Assembly (NCBI GenBank): GCA_040386535.1
Contig: JAZKFH010000053.1
Location: 1-64,000, forward strand
DNA from: Myxococcota bacterium
GTDB taxonomy: Bacteria; Myxococcota_A; UBA796; SXON01
Length of the DNA: 64,000 nucleotides
Reading direction: 5' to 3'
In this document: positions 51,360 through 61,454 of the stretch, one piece after another
Layout of the letters: every line of letters starts with the position of its first letter
How positions within the stretch are numbered: position 1 is the first letter of the stretch
The notes under the pieces: generated by a model
Database searches by the model: none
What the model was told of the DNA's origin: nothing
The model's input: only the letters and a program-made list of their open reading frames with translations
Translations under genes and position numbers: made by a program

Positions 51360-51895
51360 GGCCAAGAGTCGCCCCCCCTGGCGCCAGGGCCCCCCACTCT
51401 TGGCCGCTCGGGAGGCGGCGGATGGGCGTCACGAACGGGAGAACGTCGTGAATCCGGGAGCCCTCGGCGCGTGACGGAGGGGTGGGGCCGTGGAGGGCCT
51501 GAAACCGCCCCCGGAGGGGCCAAGAGTACCCCCCCCTTGGCGCCAGGGCCCCCTACTCTTGGCCGGTCGGGTGGCGGCGGTTGACGCAGCGCGCGCGTCA
51601 CGCATGGGAGAACGCCGACAATCCGGAGGCCCACGACGCCTGGCGGGAGGCTGGGGCCGTGGAGGGCCTGAAACCGCCCCCGGAGGGGCCAAGAGTACCC
51701 CCCCTTGGCGCCAGGGCCCCCTACTCTTGGCCGGTCGGGTGGCGGCGGATGGGCGTCACGAACGGGAGAACCGTCACAATTCGGAGGCCCGCGGCGGAAT
51801 GGGGCCGTGGAGAGGCGGAAACGGCCGCCGGAGCGGCCAAGAGTGCCCCCCCCTGGCGCCAGGGCCCCCTACTCTTGGCCGGTCGGGTGGCGGCG
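51360..51895. repeat. Four-copy array of ~150-170-bp units, each with a nested palindrome (REP/BIME-like)
   Basis: GGCCAAGAGT...CC(C/T)TGGCGCCAGGG...ACTCTTGGCC at 51360, 51518, 51687 and 51835. Confidence 0.9.
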
Positions 51896-52115
51896 TAGGG
51901 CTCGAGTGGGGCGCATCGCCGATGCATCAAGCACCCCGAGGCCAGGAACACCCCGCGCCAGGCACCTGGAGGGCGGCCGGCCCCGGCGGCCGGTCCCGCC
52001 GGGCGCCTCGCCCGGCGGACCGAGGCCCTTCGGGCCGAGCCCGCAAGGGGCCGACGGCGCCGCGTCCGCGCGGCGCCGGGGCGCCCGGAGCCACCCCTGC
52101 CGCCCGGAGCCACCC

Positions 52116-52799
52116 CTACCGCGGCGCCTCCGCCCGCATCGCGAGCACCACCGGCCCCGTGACCGTGACAGCCTCGCCGTACGGGAGGGTGGCCGCGACG
52201 GTGACCGTGGGCCGCCAAAAGAGGACGGGGTCCGCGCGGCGCCACGCCACGACGGTCTCCAGGCCGGCCTCGCCGATGGTGACGACGCCCACCTGCGCCA
52301 CCCACTCGGTGCCGTCGGCGTCCGCCACGCGCCAGTCGAGCTTGCTGCCCTCGACGAGCAGGGTGTGCCGGATGTCGCCGACATGCACGTCGGGCGACGC
52401 CTGGCCGGAGACCCACGGGCCCTGCGTGAGCCGGGCGATGGCCGCCGCGAACGGCACCGGCGCGGCGAAGCAGTCCGCGGCTCCCTCCGGGGCCACCGCC
52501 TCCGAGACCACGACGGTGAGCGCATCGCGGGACCGCCCCAGGCTCATCGCGCTGCACCCATCGGCGTTCGTGGACATCGTGAACATCGACGCGCCGACCG
52601 CGTGACCCCCTCCCCACCGCTCGAGCTGGCCCTCCCACCCGCCGCCATCGCGCGCGGCGAGGTCCAGCTTCCAGGGCGCGCCCCGCCACATGAACACCGC
52701 GTCGGCGGCATCGGCGAGCGGCTGCTCCGCGAGCACACGACCGGACGGAGCGACCACCTGCACGGTCGCGGCGAGCGCCGCGGAGAAGAGGAGGATCAT
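52116..52799 (-). CDS. Secreted hypothetical protein
   Basis: MILLFSAALAA signal peptide; coding-like ORF. Confidence 0.6.
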   Translation of the reverse strand: MILLFSAALAATVQVVAPSGRVLAEQPLADAADAVFMWRGAPWKLDLAARDGGGWEGQLERWGGGHAVGASMFTMSTNADGCSAMSLGRSRDALTVVVSEAVAPEGAADCFAAPVPFAAAIARLTQGPWVSGQASPDVHVGDIRHTLLVEGSKLDWRVADADGTEWVAQVGVVTIGEAGLETVVAWRRADPVLFWRPTVTVAATLPYGEAVTVTGPVVLAMRAEAPR

Positions 52800-52897
52800 G
52801 CGCGTGGCTAACGCGAGCCCCACGTGGGGTACCGAACGCCGATGTCAAACTCCGTCGTAGCGGAAGCCACCGAACCGCGGGCGTCCGCTCCGGCGCG

Positions 52898-52946
52898 TTG
52901 ACTTGGCCGTCCCCGCCGACTATAACCCTTACGTTCACGTGAGGGT
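52898..52946 (+). promoter_or_regulatory. Sigma70 promoter with overlapping palindromic operator for the merR-isc operon
   Basis: TTGACT(52898)-N17-TATAAC(52921); inverted repeat ACCCTTACGT-TC-ACGTGAGGGT at 52925-52946. Confidence 0.75.
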
Positions 52947-52954
52947 CTGAAGCC

Positions 52955-53470
52955 GTGTCCCAGTCCGCGTTCCAGCCGGCGTCCGGTGATGCACAGATGA
53001 AGATCGGAGAGCTCTCCGAGAAGAGCGGGCGTACCGACCGTACCCTGCGCTTCTACGAGGAGCTCGGTCTGCTCGTCCCGGCGTCGCGCACGAAGGGCGG
53101 GTTCCGCCTGTACGACAGCACGGCGCTGGTGCGGATCCACTGGATCTCCCGGCTCCAGGAGCTCGGGTTCTCGCTCCCCGAGATTAAGGACTTCCTCACC
53201 GAGATCCAGGGCAACCCCAACGGCCCCGCGATGATGGGTGACCTTCGGGCCGCCTACGCCGCCAAGCTCGCCGACACGCGCGCCACCCTGGCGCGGCTCC
53301 AGGCCCTCGAGGCCGAGCTGTCCGCGTCGATCGACTACCTCGACACCTGCAAGACCTGCGCGCCCGCCACCCAGAAGTCCGCCTGCCGCTCGTGCCGTGA
53401 AGACGCGCACGCCCAGCAGGACGCCCCGGCCCTCGTGGCGGCCGTACAGTCCCCTTCCTCAAACGGATGA
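52955..53470 (+). CDS. MerR family transcriptional regulator with C-terminal CxxC-x8-CxxC
   Basis: [57 protein letters not shown]; start 52955 or 52997. Confidence 0.92.
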   Translation: MSQSAFQPASGDAQMKIGELSEKSGRTDRTLRFYEELGLLVPASRTKGGFRLYDSTALVRIHWISRLQELGFSLPEIKDFLTEIQGNPNGPAMMGDLRAAYAAKLADTRATLARLQALEAELSASIDYLDTCKTCAPATQKSACRSCREDAHAQQDAPALVAAVQSPSSNG

Positions 53471-54711
53471 CCCCCATGTCCGCGACCCAGTCCATGAAGA
53501 TGCCCGTCTACTTCGACAACCACGCCACGACCCGCTGCGATCCGCGCGTGGTCGAGGCCATGTTGCCCTACCTCACCGAGGTGTACGGCAACGCCGGCTC
53601 GCGCAACCACGCCTACGGCTGGGCCGCGCAGGAGGGCGTCGAGCTCGCTCGCGAGCAGACCGCGAAGATGCTCGGCGGCGACGCGAAGGAGGTCGTGTTC
53701 ACCTCCGGCGCCACCGAGTCCGACAACCTCGCGGTGCTCGGCGTCGCGCGGTTCTACAAGGACAAGGGCCAGCACATCATCACGTCGAACATCGAGCACA
53801 AAGCCGTGCTGGATGCGTGTCACGCCCTCGAGAAGGAGGGCTTCGAGATCACCTACCTGCCGGTCGACCAGCAGGGCCTGATCTCGGCCGACCAGGTGCG
53901 TGAGGCCATCCGCCCCGACACCATCCTCGTCTCGATCATGTGGGCGAACAACGAGATCGGCACGGTCAACCCGATCGCCGAGATCGGCGCTGTCTGCCAC
54001 GACAAGGGCGTGCTCTTCCACACCGACGCGGTGCAGGGCTTCGGCCGGCTCCCGTTCGACGCGAAGTCGATGAACGTCGATCTCGCGAGTGTGTCCGGCC
54101 ACAAGATCTACGGGCCCAAGGGCATCGGCGCGTTGTACGTGCGCCGTGGCCGCCCCCGCATCCGTCTCGAGCCGATGTTGTTCGGCGGCGGGCAGGAGCG
54201 CGGCATCCGCTCCGGCACCCACGCGGTGCACCAGATCGTGGGCCTCGGCGTGGCCGCCGAGCTCTCGGTCGACGCGCTCACCAACGGCGAGATCGACCGG
54301 GTCAAGGCCTTGCGCGATCGCCTGTGGGACGAGCTCCGCGCCAATATCGACGAGCTGTACCTGAACGGCTCGTGGGAGCACCGCCTCCCCAACAACCTCA
54401 ACGCCAGCTTCGCGTACTGCGAGGGTGAGGCGATGATGATGGCGATCAAGGAGCTCGCGGTGTCGTCCGGCTCCGCGTGCACGTCCGCCTCGCTCGAGCC
54501 GTCCTACGTGCTCCGCGCGCTCGGCGTCACCGAGGATCTCGCCCACACCTCGATCCGCTTCGGCCTCGGTCGCTTCAACACCGACGCCGACGTAGACTTC
54601 GCCGTGAAGCTCATCACCTCCAAGGTGAACTGGCTCCGCGAGATGAGCCCCCTCTACGAGATGGTCAAGGAGGGCATCGATCTGAAGACGGTGTCCTGGA
54701 CCGCGCACTAG
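53467..54711 (+). CDS. iscS: Cysteine desulfurase IscS
   Basis: [61 protein letters not shown]. Confidence 0.97.
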   Translation: MTPMSATQSMKMPVYFDNHATTRCDPRVVEAMLPYLTEVYGNAGSRNHAYGWAAQEGVELAREQTAKMLGGDAKEVVFTSGATESDNLAVLGVARFYKDKGQHIITSNIEHKAVLDACHALEKEGFEITYLPVDQQGLISADQVREAIRPDTILVSIMWANNEIGTVNPIAEIGAVCHDKGVLFHTDAVQGFGRLPFDAKSMNVDLASVSGHKIYGPKGIGALYVRRGRPRIRLEPMLFGGGQERGIRSGTHAVHQIVGLGVAAELSVDALTNGEIDRVKALRDRLWDELRANIDELYLNGSWEHRLPNNLNASFAYCEGEAMMMAIKELAVSSGSACTSASLEPSYVLRALGVTEDLAHTSIRFGLGRFNTDADVDFAVKLITSKVNWLREMSPLYEMVKEGIDLKTVSWTAH

Positions 54712-54760
54712 CCCGTCCTTCTCGAACCCAGTTCCCCCCGCATCGGTACAGGAGTCCCCC

Positions 54761-55183
54761 ATGGCTTACAGCGACAAGGTCGTCGACCACTACGAGAACC
54801 CGCGCAACGTGGGTTCGCTCGACAAGAACGCCGAAGATGTCGGCACGGGCCTCGTCGGCGCGCCCGCCTGCGGCGACGTGATGAAGCTCCAGCTCCGCAT
54901 CAACGACGACGGCATCATCGAAGACGCGAAGTTCAAGACCTTCGGCTGCGGCTCGGCCATCGCGTCGAGCTCGCTCGTGACCGAGATGGTCAAGGGCAAG
55001 TCCATCGCCTACGCGATGGGCATCGAGAACTCCCTCATCGCCGAGGAGCTCAAGCTCCCCCCGGTCAAGATCCACTGTTCGGTGCTCGCCGAGGACGCCA
55101 TCAAGGCCGCCATCGCCGACTACCAGAAGAAGAAGGCCGCCAAGGCCGCCGCTTCCACCACTGCTGACGAGGCCGCGAAGTAG
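54761..55183 (+). CDS. iscU: Fe-S scaffold IscU
   Basis: MAYSDKVVDHYENPRNVG, APACGD, FGCGSA, LPPVKIHCS. Confidence 0.98.
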   Translation: MAYSDKVVDHYENPRNVGSLDKNAEDVGTGLVGAPACGDVMKLQLRINDDGIIEDAKFKTFGCGSAIASSSLVTEMVKGKSIAYAMGIENSLIAEELKLPPVKIHCSVLAEDAIKAAIADYQKKKAAKAAASTTADEAAK

Positions 55184-55184
55184 G

Positions 55185-55532
55185 ATGGCAATCGAAGTCA
55201 GCGAACGCGCGGTGTCCCGCATCAAGGAGCTGGCGATGAAGCGCCAGACCCCGGATGCCTTCTTCCGCATCGGCATCCGCGGCGGCGGCTGCTCGGGCTT
55301 GTCGTACTTCGTCGACTTCGCCGAGACCGCCGACCCGAAGGACAAGGTCTTCGAGTTCGGCCCGGCCGACGCGCCCGCGGGCAAGGTCAAGGTCCTCATC
55401 GACCGCAAGTCCTACCTGTTCCTCAACGGGACCCAGGTGGACTGGAAGAGCGAGCTGATGAAGACCGGGTTCGAGTTCCACAACCCGCTGGCCGGCCGCA
55501 CCTGCTCGTGCGGCGAGTCGTTCTCCGTCTGA
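55185..55532 (+). CDS. iscA: A-type Fe-S carrier IscA
   Basis: GGGCSGLSY, CSCGESF. Confidence 0.95.
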   Translation: MAIEVSERAVSRIKELAMKRQTPDAFFRIGIRGGGCSGLSYFVDFAETADPKDKVFEFGPADAPAGKVKVLIDRKSYLFLNGTQVDWKSELMKTGFEFHNPLAGRTCSCGESFSV

Positions 55533-55545
55533 CGGTGGGTGGATC

Positions 55546-56103
55546 GTGATCTGCTTCAGCTGCAACGAGGCGGTGAAGGGCCCGGTTTGTGTGGGGTGCA
55601 CCGCCCTCCAGCCGCCGCCCTACCGCCTCGATCCCTTCGCGCTCCTCGGGATCGCGCGCCGGTTCCACGTGGAGGACGCGGAGGTCGACCAGGCCTACCG
55701 CACCGTCACCAGGCGCGTGCACCCCGACAAGTTCGCGGGGCGCCCCGCGGTGGAGCGGCGCATGTCGTTGCAGTGGACCGCGGCGCTCAACGAGGCGCGT
55801 CGGGTGCTGAAGGATCCGGACAAGCGCGCACGGCTGCTGGCGACCGGCCAGGCCGAGCCGAGAGAGAAGGGCGGGCCGACCCTCGATCCGGCGTTCCTCG
55901 CCGAGATCTTCGATTGGCGCGAACAGGATGAAGAGACGCCGGGCGCGCTCACCGAGCAGGCACGGATTCGGGAGAAGGAGCTCCGGGCCGAGCTCGACGC
56001 GATGTTCGTCGCGTGGGAGTTGGGCCAGGGAGATCTCACGCTGGTAGAAGACCGCCTCGCGCGGCTCAAGTACGTCACCGGGCTCGTTCGGGAGAGCGTT
56101 TAG
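55546..56103 (+). CDS. hscB: Fe-S co-chaperone HscB with N-terminal tetracysteine domain
   Basis: [32 protein letters not shown]. Confidence 0.9.
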   Translation: MICFSCNEAVKGPVCVGCTALQPPPYRLDPFALLGIARRFHVEDAEVDQAYRTVTRRVHPDKFAGRPAVERRMSLQWTAALNEARRVLKDPDKRARLLATGQAEPREKGGPTLDPAFLAEIFDWREQDEETPGALTEQARIREKELRAELDAMFVAWELGQGDLTLVEDRLARLKYVTGLVRESV

Positions 56104-56105
56104 TC

Positions 56106-57950
56106 ATGGCAAACATCGGCATTGATCTGGGTACGACCAACTCGCTCGTCGCGGTGGTCATGAGCGGCAGGGCCCGCTGCCTCCTCGACGAGACGGCGAA
56201 CCCCCTCCTCCCGAGCGCGGTGCGCTACGAGCCCGATGGGACCGTGGTCGTGGGGCGTGCCGCGCGCGACGAGGCGGCCGCGCACTCCGAGCGCACGTTC
56301 ACCAGCGTGAAGCGCTTCATGGGCCGCGCCCCGGCGGACTGCGTCGCCGACGCCGCGTTGTTCCGCTACACGATGGACGAGTCGGAGCAGCGCTTCGTAC
56401 GTTTCGCCGTGCCCGGCCGCGAGGCGGTCACCCCCGTCGAGGTGAGCGCCGAGGTGCTCCGCGTCCTGCGCGCCCGCGCGGTCGAGTGCCTCTTCGGCGA
56501 GCCCGGCGGCGCCGTCATCACCGTGCCCGCCTACTTCGACGACGCCCAGCGCCAGGCCACGAAGGACGCGGCGCGCATCGCCGGCCTCGAGGTGCTCCGG
56601 CTCCTCAACGAGCCCACCGCCGCCGCCATTGCCTACGGCCTCGACAAGCGCGAGACCGGCGTGTTCGCCGTCTATGATCTCGGCGGCGGCACGTTCGACG
56701 TGTCGATCCTCGAGCTGAACGACGGCATCTTCCAGGTGCTCGCCACCGCCGGGGACACCCATCTCGGCGGGGACGACTTCGATCGCGCGCTCGGCGAGCA
56801 CGTGCTGAAGCAGGCCGGGCTCGATCGCCGTGACGACGCCGACCACCGCGAGCTCCTCCTCGCCGTCGAGGCGGCCAAGCGCGTCCTCACCGACGCGGAC
56901 GAGGCCACCGTCTCCGTCGCCGGCAAGTCGGTCACGGTCACCCGCGCGGAGTTCGACGCGCTCATCCGCCCGACCGTCGAGCGCACCGGCGCCGCCTGCC
57001 GCCAGGCCCTCGCCGACGCGAAGCTCACCGCCGACAAGATCGACGCCGTCGTGCTCGTGGGCGGGTCCACCCGCGTGCCGCTCGTGCGCACCTACGTCGG
57101 CGAGCTGTTCGGCCGCGTGCCCTACACCGACCTCGACCCCGATCAGGTCGTCGCCCTCGGCGCCGCCATGCAGGCGGACATCCTCACCGGCTCCAGCCAG
57201 CTCTCCGACGATCTGCTGCTGCTCGATGTCATCCCGCTTTCGCTCGGCCTCGAGGTGATGGGCGGCGTGGTGGAGAAGTTCATCCCGCGCTGCTCGACCA
57301 TCCCGTTCTCCGCGGCTCAGACGTTCACCACCCACGTGGACAACCAGACCGCGCTCGACCTGCACATCGTCCAGGGAGACCGCGAGCTCGCGCGCGACAA
57401 CCGCTCGCTCGGCCGCTTCGCCCTCTCCGGGCTGCCCCTGCTCCCGGCCGGCATCGCGCGCATCCGCGTCGAGTTCCTCGTCGACGCCGACGGCATCCTG
57501 ACCGTCTCCGCGAAGGAGGAGCACACCGGGATCGAGGCCCGCACCGAGGTCAAGCCGAGCTACGGCCTCTCGGAAGACGAGATCGAGCGCATGCTCGAGG
57601 ACAGCATCGACCACGCCGAGACCGACGTGGACGTGCGGCTGCTCATCGAGTCCCGCGTCGAGGCCGACGGCATCCTCACCGCCGTGCAGAAGGCCCTCGG
57701 CACCGACGCTGACATGCTGCTCCCCGACGAGCGCGGCGTCATCGAGGCGGTCGTGGCCGCGCTCCAGGCCGCCATGCCGGGCGAGGACCGCAAGCGCATC
57801 GCCGATCTCGCGCACAAGCTCGACGAGGTCACCGCCCCGTTCGCCCAGCGCCGCATCGAGCGGGATCTGACCCTCGCGCTCTCCGGGCGGGACGCGGGTG
57901 AGGTCGGCAAGCAGCTCGGGATGAAGGACCGCTCCGGGGAGAACGCCTGA
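56106..57950 (+). CDS. hscA: Fe-S chaperone HscA (Hsp70)
   Basis: [58 protein letters not shown]; operon context. Confidence 0.95.
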   Translation: MANIGIDLGTTNSLVAVVMSGRARCLLDETANPLLPSAVRYEPDGTVVVGRAARDEAAAHSERTFTSVKRFMGRAPADCVADAALFRYTMDESEQRFVRFAVPGREAVTPVEVSAEVLRVLRARAVECLFGEPGGAVITVPAYFDDAQRQATKDAARIAGLEVLRLLNEPTAAAIAYGLDKRETGVFAVYDLGGGTFDVSILELNDGIFQVLATAGDTHLGGDDFDRALGEHVLKQAGLDRRDDADHRELLLAVEAAKRVLTDADEATVSVAGKSVTVTRAEFDALIRPTVERTGAACRQALADAKLTADKIDAVVLVGGSTRVPLVRTYVGELFGRVPYTDLDPDQVVALGAAMQADILTGSSQLSDDLLLLDVIPLSLGLEVMGGVVEKFIPRCSTIPFSAAQTFTTHVDNQTALDLHIVQGDRELARDNRSLGRFALSGLPLLPAGIARIRVEFLVDADGILTVSAKEEHTGIEARTEVKPSYGLSEDEIERMLEDSIDHAETDVDVRLLIESRVEADGILTAVQKALGTDADMLLPDERGVIEAVVAALQAAMPGEDRKRIADLAHKLDEVTAPFAQRRIERDLTLALSGRDAGEVGKQLGMKDRSGENA

Positions 57951-58357
57951 TGTCCGGAAAGAACCCCTACATCAAGCCCCCGAAGACTACGCTCCCGACC
58001 CAGGCGTACCGCATCTTCCTCGAAGGGCTCGAAGAGCCGATCGTGGTGGAGCCGGGCGAGCTGCCCTACAACCAGCCGGGCCTCCCGGGGAGCCTGCTCT
58101 CCACCTTGCTCGCGAAGGGCATCGACATCGACCACGCGTGCGGCGGCGTGTGCGCGTGCTCGACCTGCCACATCATCGTGAAGAAGGGCCTGGACTCGGC
58201 CAACGAGGCCAACGACGACGAGGAGGACATGCTCGACGAGGCCCCCGCGCTCACGTCGCAGTCCCGCCTCGCTTGTCAGTGTGTGCCGGACGGCACCTCC
58301 GACGTGCACCTGAAGATCCCGGAGTGGAACCGGAACATGGTGAAAGAGGGCCACTGA
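57950..58357 (+). CDS. fdx: ISC [2Fe-2S] ferredoxin
   Basis: HACGGVCACSTCH, EEDMLD, SRLACQ. Confidence 0.95.
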   Translation: MSGKNPYIKPPKTTLPTQAYRIFLEGLEEPIVVEPGELPYNQPGLPGSLLSTLLAKGIDIDHACGGVCACSTCHIIVKKGLDSANEANDDEEDMLDEAPALTSQSRLACQCVPDGTSDVHLKIPEWNRNMVKEGH

Positions 58358-58401
58358 GGCTCACGGAGACGCGGGTAGGGCGACCGCGACTATCGTTGGT
58401 C

Positions 58402-59241
58402 ATGGTTCTTCTCTTCGTGCTCGGGTGTGTGCTCGCCGACAAGGCGCCTTCCGACGGTGACTCCGGGGGCGACGACACCGGCGCCGTCGGCGCGCGAACG
58501 CTCGAAGTGCGCGTCGTCGATCCCGACGGTGCGCCGCTGTTGGTCGACATGGTGAGCTGGTTCGACCCCACGCGGGTCCCAGTGCCGCTGCGGCCCGCGC
58601 TCACATCGATGGTGTGCGCCGACGAGGAGCGTCCGCCGTGCGCCGTGTGGGTGCCCGATCAGCTTCTGCCGGCGCGGGTCCAGGTGGTCACCGAACACTT
58701 CGGCGACGAGACGTGGATCGACGCGGCCGGCGCCACCTGCTTCCCGTGGGACGGCCCGTGGACCGTCGTGCCCGTGCCCCCCGGCGCGCCGGCGCAGGTC
58801 GTGCACCTCGTCCTGAACCCCGAGCAGGCCTGGTGTGACGACGGCATCACCGCCGCGCCCGTTCCCGCCCTCATGCCGCCCACGGTGCACCCCGCCGACG
58901 TGCGCCTCCCCATCGCGCCGCCCCCCGCCGCCCTCACCGTCACCGCGCTCGACCCCGCGGGCCTCCCGCTCCCCCTCGCGGCCGCCAATTGGTACTACCC
59001 GCCCGAGGGCTCGGCGTACGACGGCGAGCACCCGCTCACGTGCGCGGACGCCTTGTGCACGTCGTGGGTCCTCCCCGAGGGCGAGGGCCCTGCGGAAGGC
59101 CGCTTCTACGTGAGCGGCACGTGGACGGGGCCGCTGCACCCGATGGAGGACGTCACGTGGACCGACTACCAGGGCTCTCCGACGGAGCCGGGGACGACCG
59201 TCGTGTTGCAGTTCGACACGACGGTGGGGTTGGTGGAGTAG
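58402..59241 (+). CDS. Lipoprotein, hypothetical, with an internally duplicated domain
   Basis: MVLLFVLGC lipobox; repeated V..VDP.G.PL....W and CAD...C..WV motifs. Confidence 0.7.
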   Translation: MVLLFVLGCVLADKAPSDGDSGGDDTGAVGARTLEVRVVDPDGAPLLVDMVSWFDPTRVPVPLRPALTSMVCADEERPPCAVWVPDQLLPARVQVVTEHFGDETWIDAAGATCFPWDGPWTVVPVPPGAPAQVVHLVLNPEQAWCDDGITAAPVPALMPPTVHPADVRLPIAPPPAALTVTALDPAGLPLPLAAANWYYPPEGSAYDGEHPLTCADALCTSWVLPEGEGPAEGRFYVSGTWTGPLHPMEDVTWTDYQGSPTEPGTTVVLQFDTTVGLVE

Positions 59242-59256
59242 GGGGACCCGGGCCGG

Positions 59257-59565
59257 CTACGCGTCCGGATCGACGCCGAGTGCCCGCAGGCGTTCGCGGA
59301 GACGCTGGTTTTCCTGGTGCTGGCGCTCCTTCTCCTCGCGCTCGCGATCGCGCTCGGCTTCCGCCCTCGCGAGCGCGGATTGCTGCGTGAGCTGCACGCG
59401 CAACGCGTCGAGGCGAGAGCGGTAGGCGTCGTTCCAGTCGCGGTTCACCTGGAACTCATGCAGTACCGACATGGCTTTCTCCAGGGCGGGATGATCGATG
59501 TCCTCGGGAACCTCGGCCCAGGTTTCCGCTTCGGTGAAGAACCGGAGCCAGCGTAGAGCCGCCGG
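59257..59565 (-). pseudogene. 3' remnant resembling an Rpn / PD-(D/E)xK transposase-family protein
   Basis: In-frame upstream of the ATG: LRWLRFFTEAETWAEVPEDIDHPALEKA, then MSVL..AYRSRLDALR, coiled coil, RLRALGVDP; no N-terminal nuclease domain. Confidence 0.55.
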
Positions 59566-59639
59566 CGCCGGGTGGGGAACGAGCGAGTTGCACTCGGAGT
59601 CAACTTCCGTTAGTCGCGCGGATCCCTGGGATATGTCAA

Positions 59640-60068
59640 ATGATTTTGCTCCTCACCGCGTGCAGCCTCTTCATCAATCCCACAGAAGGCACGTACGACG
59701 CCAATGTGCGCAACCTCGACGCGGACTCGTCCTGCGAGGACACATGGGGTCTGGACGTGGATGCCTTGCGCGACATCAACGCCACCGAAGTCGAACTTTC
59801 GAAGGACGGCGACTCCATGGAGTTGGACGACGAGATCGAGTGTGATCTCGACGGTGTCTCCTTCGACTGCTTCCGCCGGCTCGAGGAAGACGTAGAGGAC
59901 TACGATGCGACTATTGAGACCAGCATCGAGATCACCGGCGATTGGACCTCGTCTACTTCGTTCGAGTCCGACTGGTCGATGGAGGTCAGCTGCAGCGGCT
60001 CATCGTGTGGGGACCTGTCGGACAGCTGCATCGTCACGTGGACGATCGAGGGTGAGCTCGACGACTAG
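59640..60068 (+). CDS. Acidic Cys-containing lipoprotein, hypothetical
   Basis: MILLLTAC lipobox; somewhat lower GC. Confidence 0.7.
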   Translation: MILLLTACSLFINPTEGTYDANVRNLDADSSCEDTWGLDVDALRDINATEVELSKDGDSMELDDEIECDLDGVSFDCFRRLEEDVEDYDATIETSIEITGDWTSSTSFESDWSMEVSCSGSSCGDLSDSCIVTWTIEGELDD

Positions 60069-60074
60069 CGGAGC

Positions 60075-61454
60075 CTACAACCCCGCGAAGATCTCCAACG
60101 GCCGCCACACCCGCGCCGCCCACGCCGCTTCGTTGTGGGACGCGTCCGCCTCGTGCCAGTGCCAGAGGTCGGTCTCGAACGTGTAGCCGGCGGCCGACAA
60201 CGTGTCGCGGAGCTGCACGTTCTCGCAGTAGTTGTCAGCGGCGTCGGGATCGTCGTCGTTCGTGCCGTCGCCGTCGGAGTCCGCGCAGGTGACGCCGGAG
60301 CCGCCCGAGTCGACGTACAGCGCGGTGCCGCGGTGGCCGGCGGCGGCGTACCGCTCGATCATCGTCTCGCTGCTGGATTCGGCCCCGATGCTGCCCCAGC
60401 CCATCGTGCCCGAGAGGCTGGCCGCGAAGGTGTACTCGCCGGGGTACCGGTCCGCGACGTGGAAGCTGATGAGGCCGCCGAGCGAGGAGCCCATCACGCC
60501 GACGGTGGGGGGCTCGCCCCACGTGTCCGCCACGATCGGCCGCACGGTGTCCTGCACGTAGGCGGCGTACGCGTCGCCGTCGCCGCCGTAATCGGTGCCG
60601 TGGATCACGTCGGGGACGTGGGTGTACTCGTCCATGCGGGCGTCGGTGTTGTCGAGCCCCACGATCAACATCCCGGCCGGCGCGCTGTCCTGCAGGTGCC
60701 AGCCGCCCCACGCGGCGTCGGGGTTGAAGAGGTTCTGGCCGTCGTGCACGTAGATCACGTGCGTGGCGGGCTCCGCGGGCACCCACGCGCGCACCGTGCG
60801 GGCCTGCATGGCGTCGTCCCCGACCTCGAACAGGCGCTCGAGGTGCGCGCCGCCGGCGTGGACGAGGCTCATCTCGCCGAACTCGTCGTAGGTGTACTGG
60901 CGCGAGCGGGGGTCCGCGTTCCAGTTGGTGCCGTCGGTGAACTTGTAGCCGCTCTCGGCGGACACCTCGACGACCAGCCAGGAGAAGCCGCTCTCCTCGG
61001 TCATCGGCAGGCCGGACCATCCCTCGAACTCGCCCGCGAGCGACCATGCGCCGGGCTCGGTGGTGACGAACAGGTAGCCACCATCGACCTCGGCGGGCCA
61101 GCCGACGTTGGCCGAGACGGCCAGCAACGTGGCGTCGCGGTCGGTGCGGAGCTCGGCGAGCACCTGCTCCAGGCCGGTGGGGCCGTCGCTCGTGTCGTCG
61201 GTGTCGTCGGGATCGGTGTCGTCGGTGTCGTCGGGATCGGTGTCGTCGGTGTCGGGCTCGGTGTCGTCGGTGTCCCCGGTGTCGCGGTCTGGGAGCGCGG
61301 TGTCCGCGCCCCCGGTGTCGTCCTTGTCGGACGGGCCCGCGCAGGCCCCGAGCGCGAGGAGCGCGACTACCCCGAGCAGTCCTCTCCGCCATCGACGCGG
61401 ATCACGTTCCCGTTCATCCAGCGGGTGCCCGGTCGGGAGAGATCCACGAGACAT
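60075..61454 (-). CDS. Lipoprotein alpha/beta-hydrolase (putative esterase family) with CBM48-like domain
   Basis: LALGAC, DTD linker, SLAGEFEGW..YKF, YVHDGQNLF, RMDEYTH, MGSSLGG, HNEAAWAAR; start uncertain (61379-61454). Confidence 0.85.
   Translation of the reverse strand: MSRGSLPTGHPLDERERDPRRWRRGLLGVVALLALGACAGPSDKDDTGGADTALPDRDTGDTDDTEPDTDDTDPDDTDDTDPDDTDDTSDGPTGLEQVLAELRTDRDATLLAVSANVGWPAEVDGGYLFVTTEPGAWSLAGEFEGWSGLPMTEESGFSWLVVEVSAESGYKFTDGTNWNADPRSRQYTYDEFGEMSLVHAGGAHLERLFEVGDDAMQARTVRAWVPAEPATHVIYVHDGQNLFNPDAAWGGWHLQDSAPAGMLIVGLDNTDARMDEYTHVPDVIHGTDYGGDGDAYAAYVQDTVRPIVADTWGEPPTVGVMGSSLGGLISFHVADRYPGEYTFAASLSGTMGWGSIGAESSSETMIERYAAAGHRGTALYVDSGGSGVTCADSDGDGTNDDDPDAADNYCENVQLRDTLSAAGYTFETDLWHWHEADASHNEAAWAARVWRPLEIFAGL

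Noticed and set aside
51360..51895. Possible CRISPR array
   Set aside because: Period of 148-169 bp and mutually homologous linkers do not fit CRISPR
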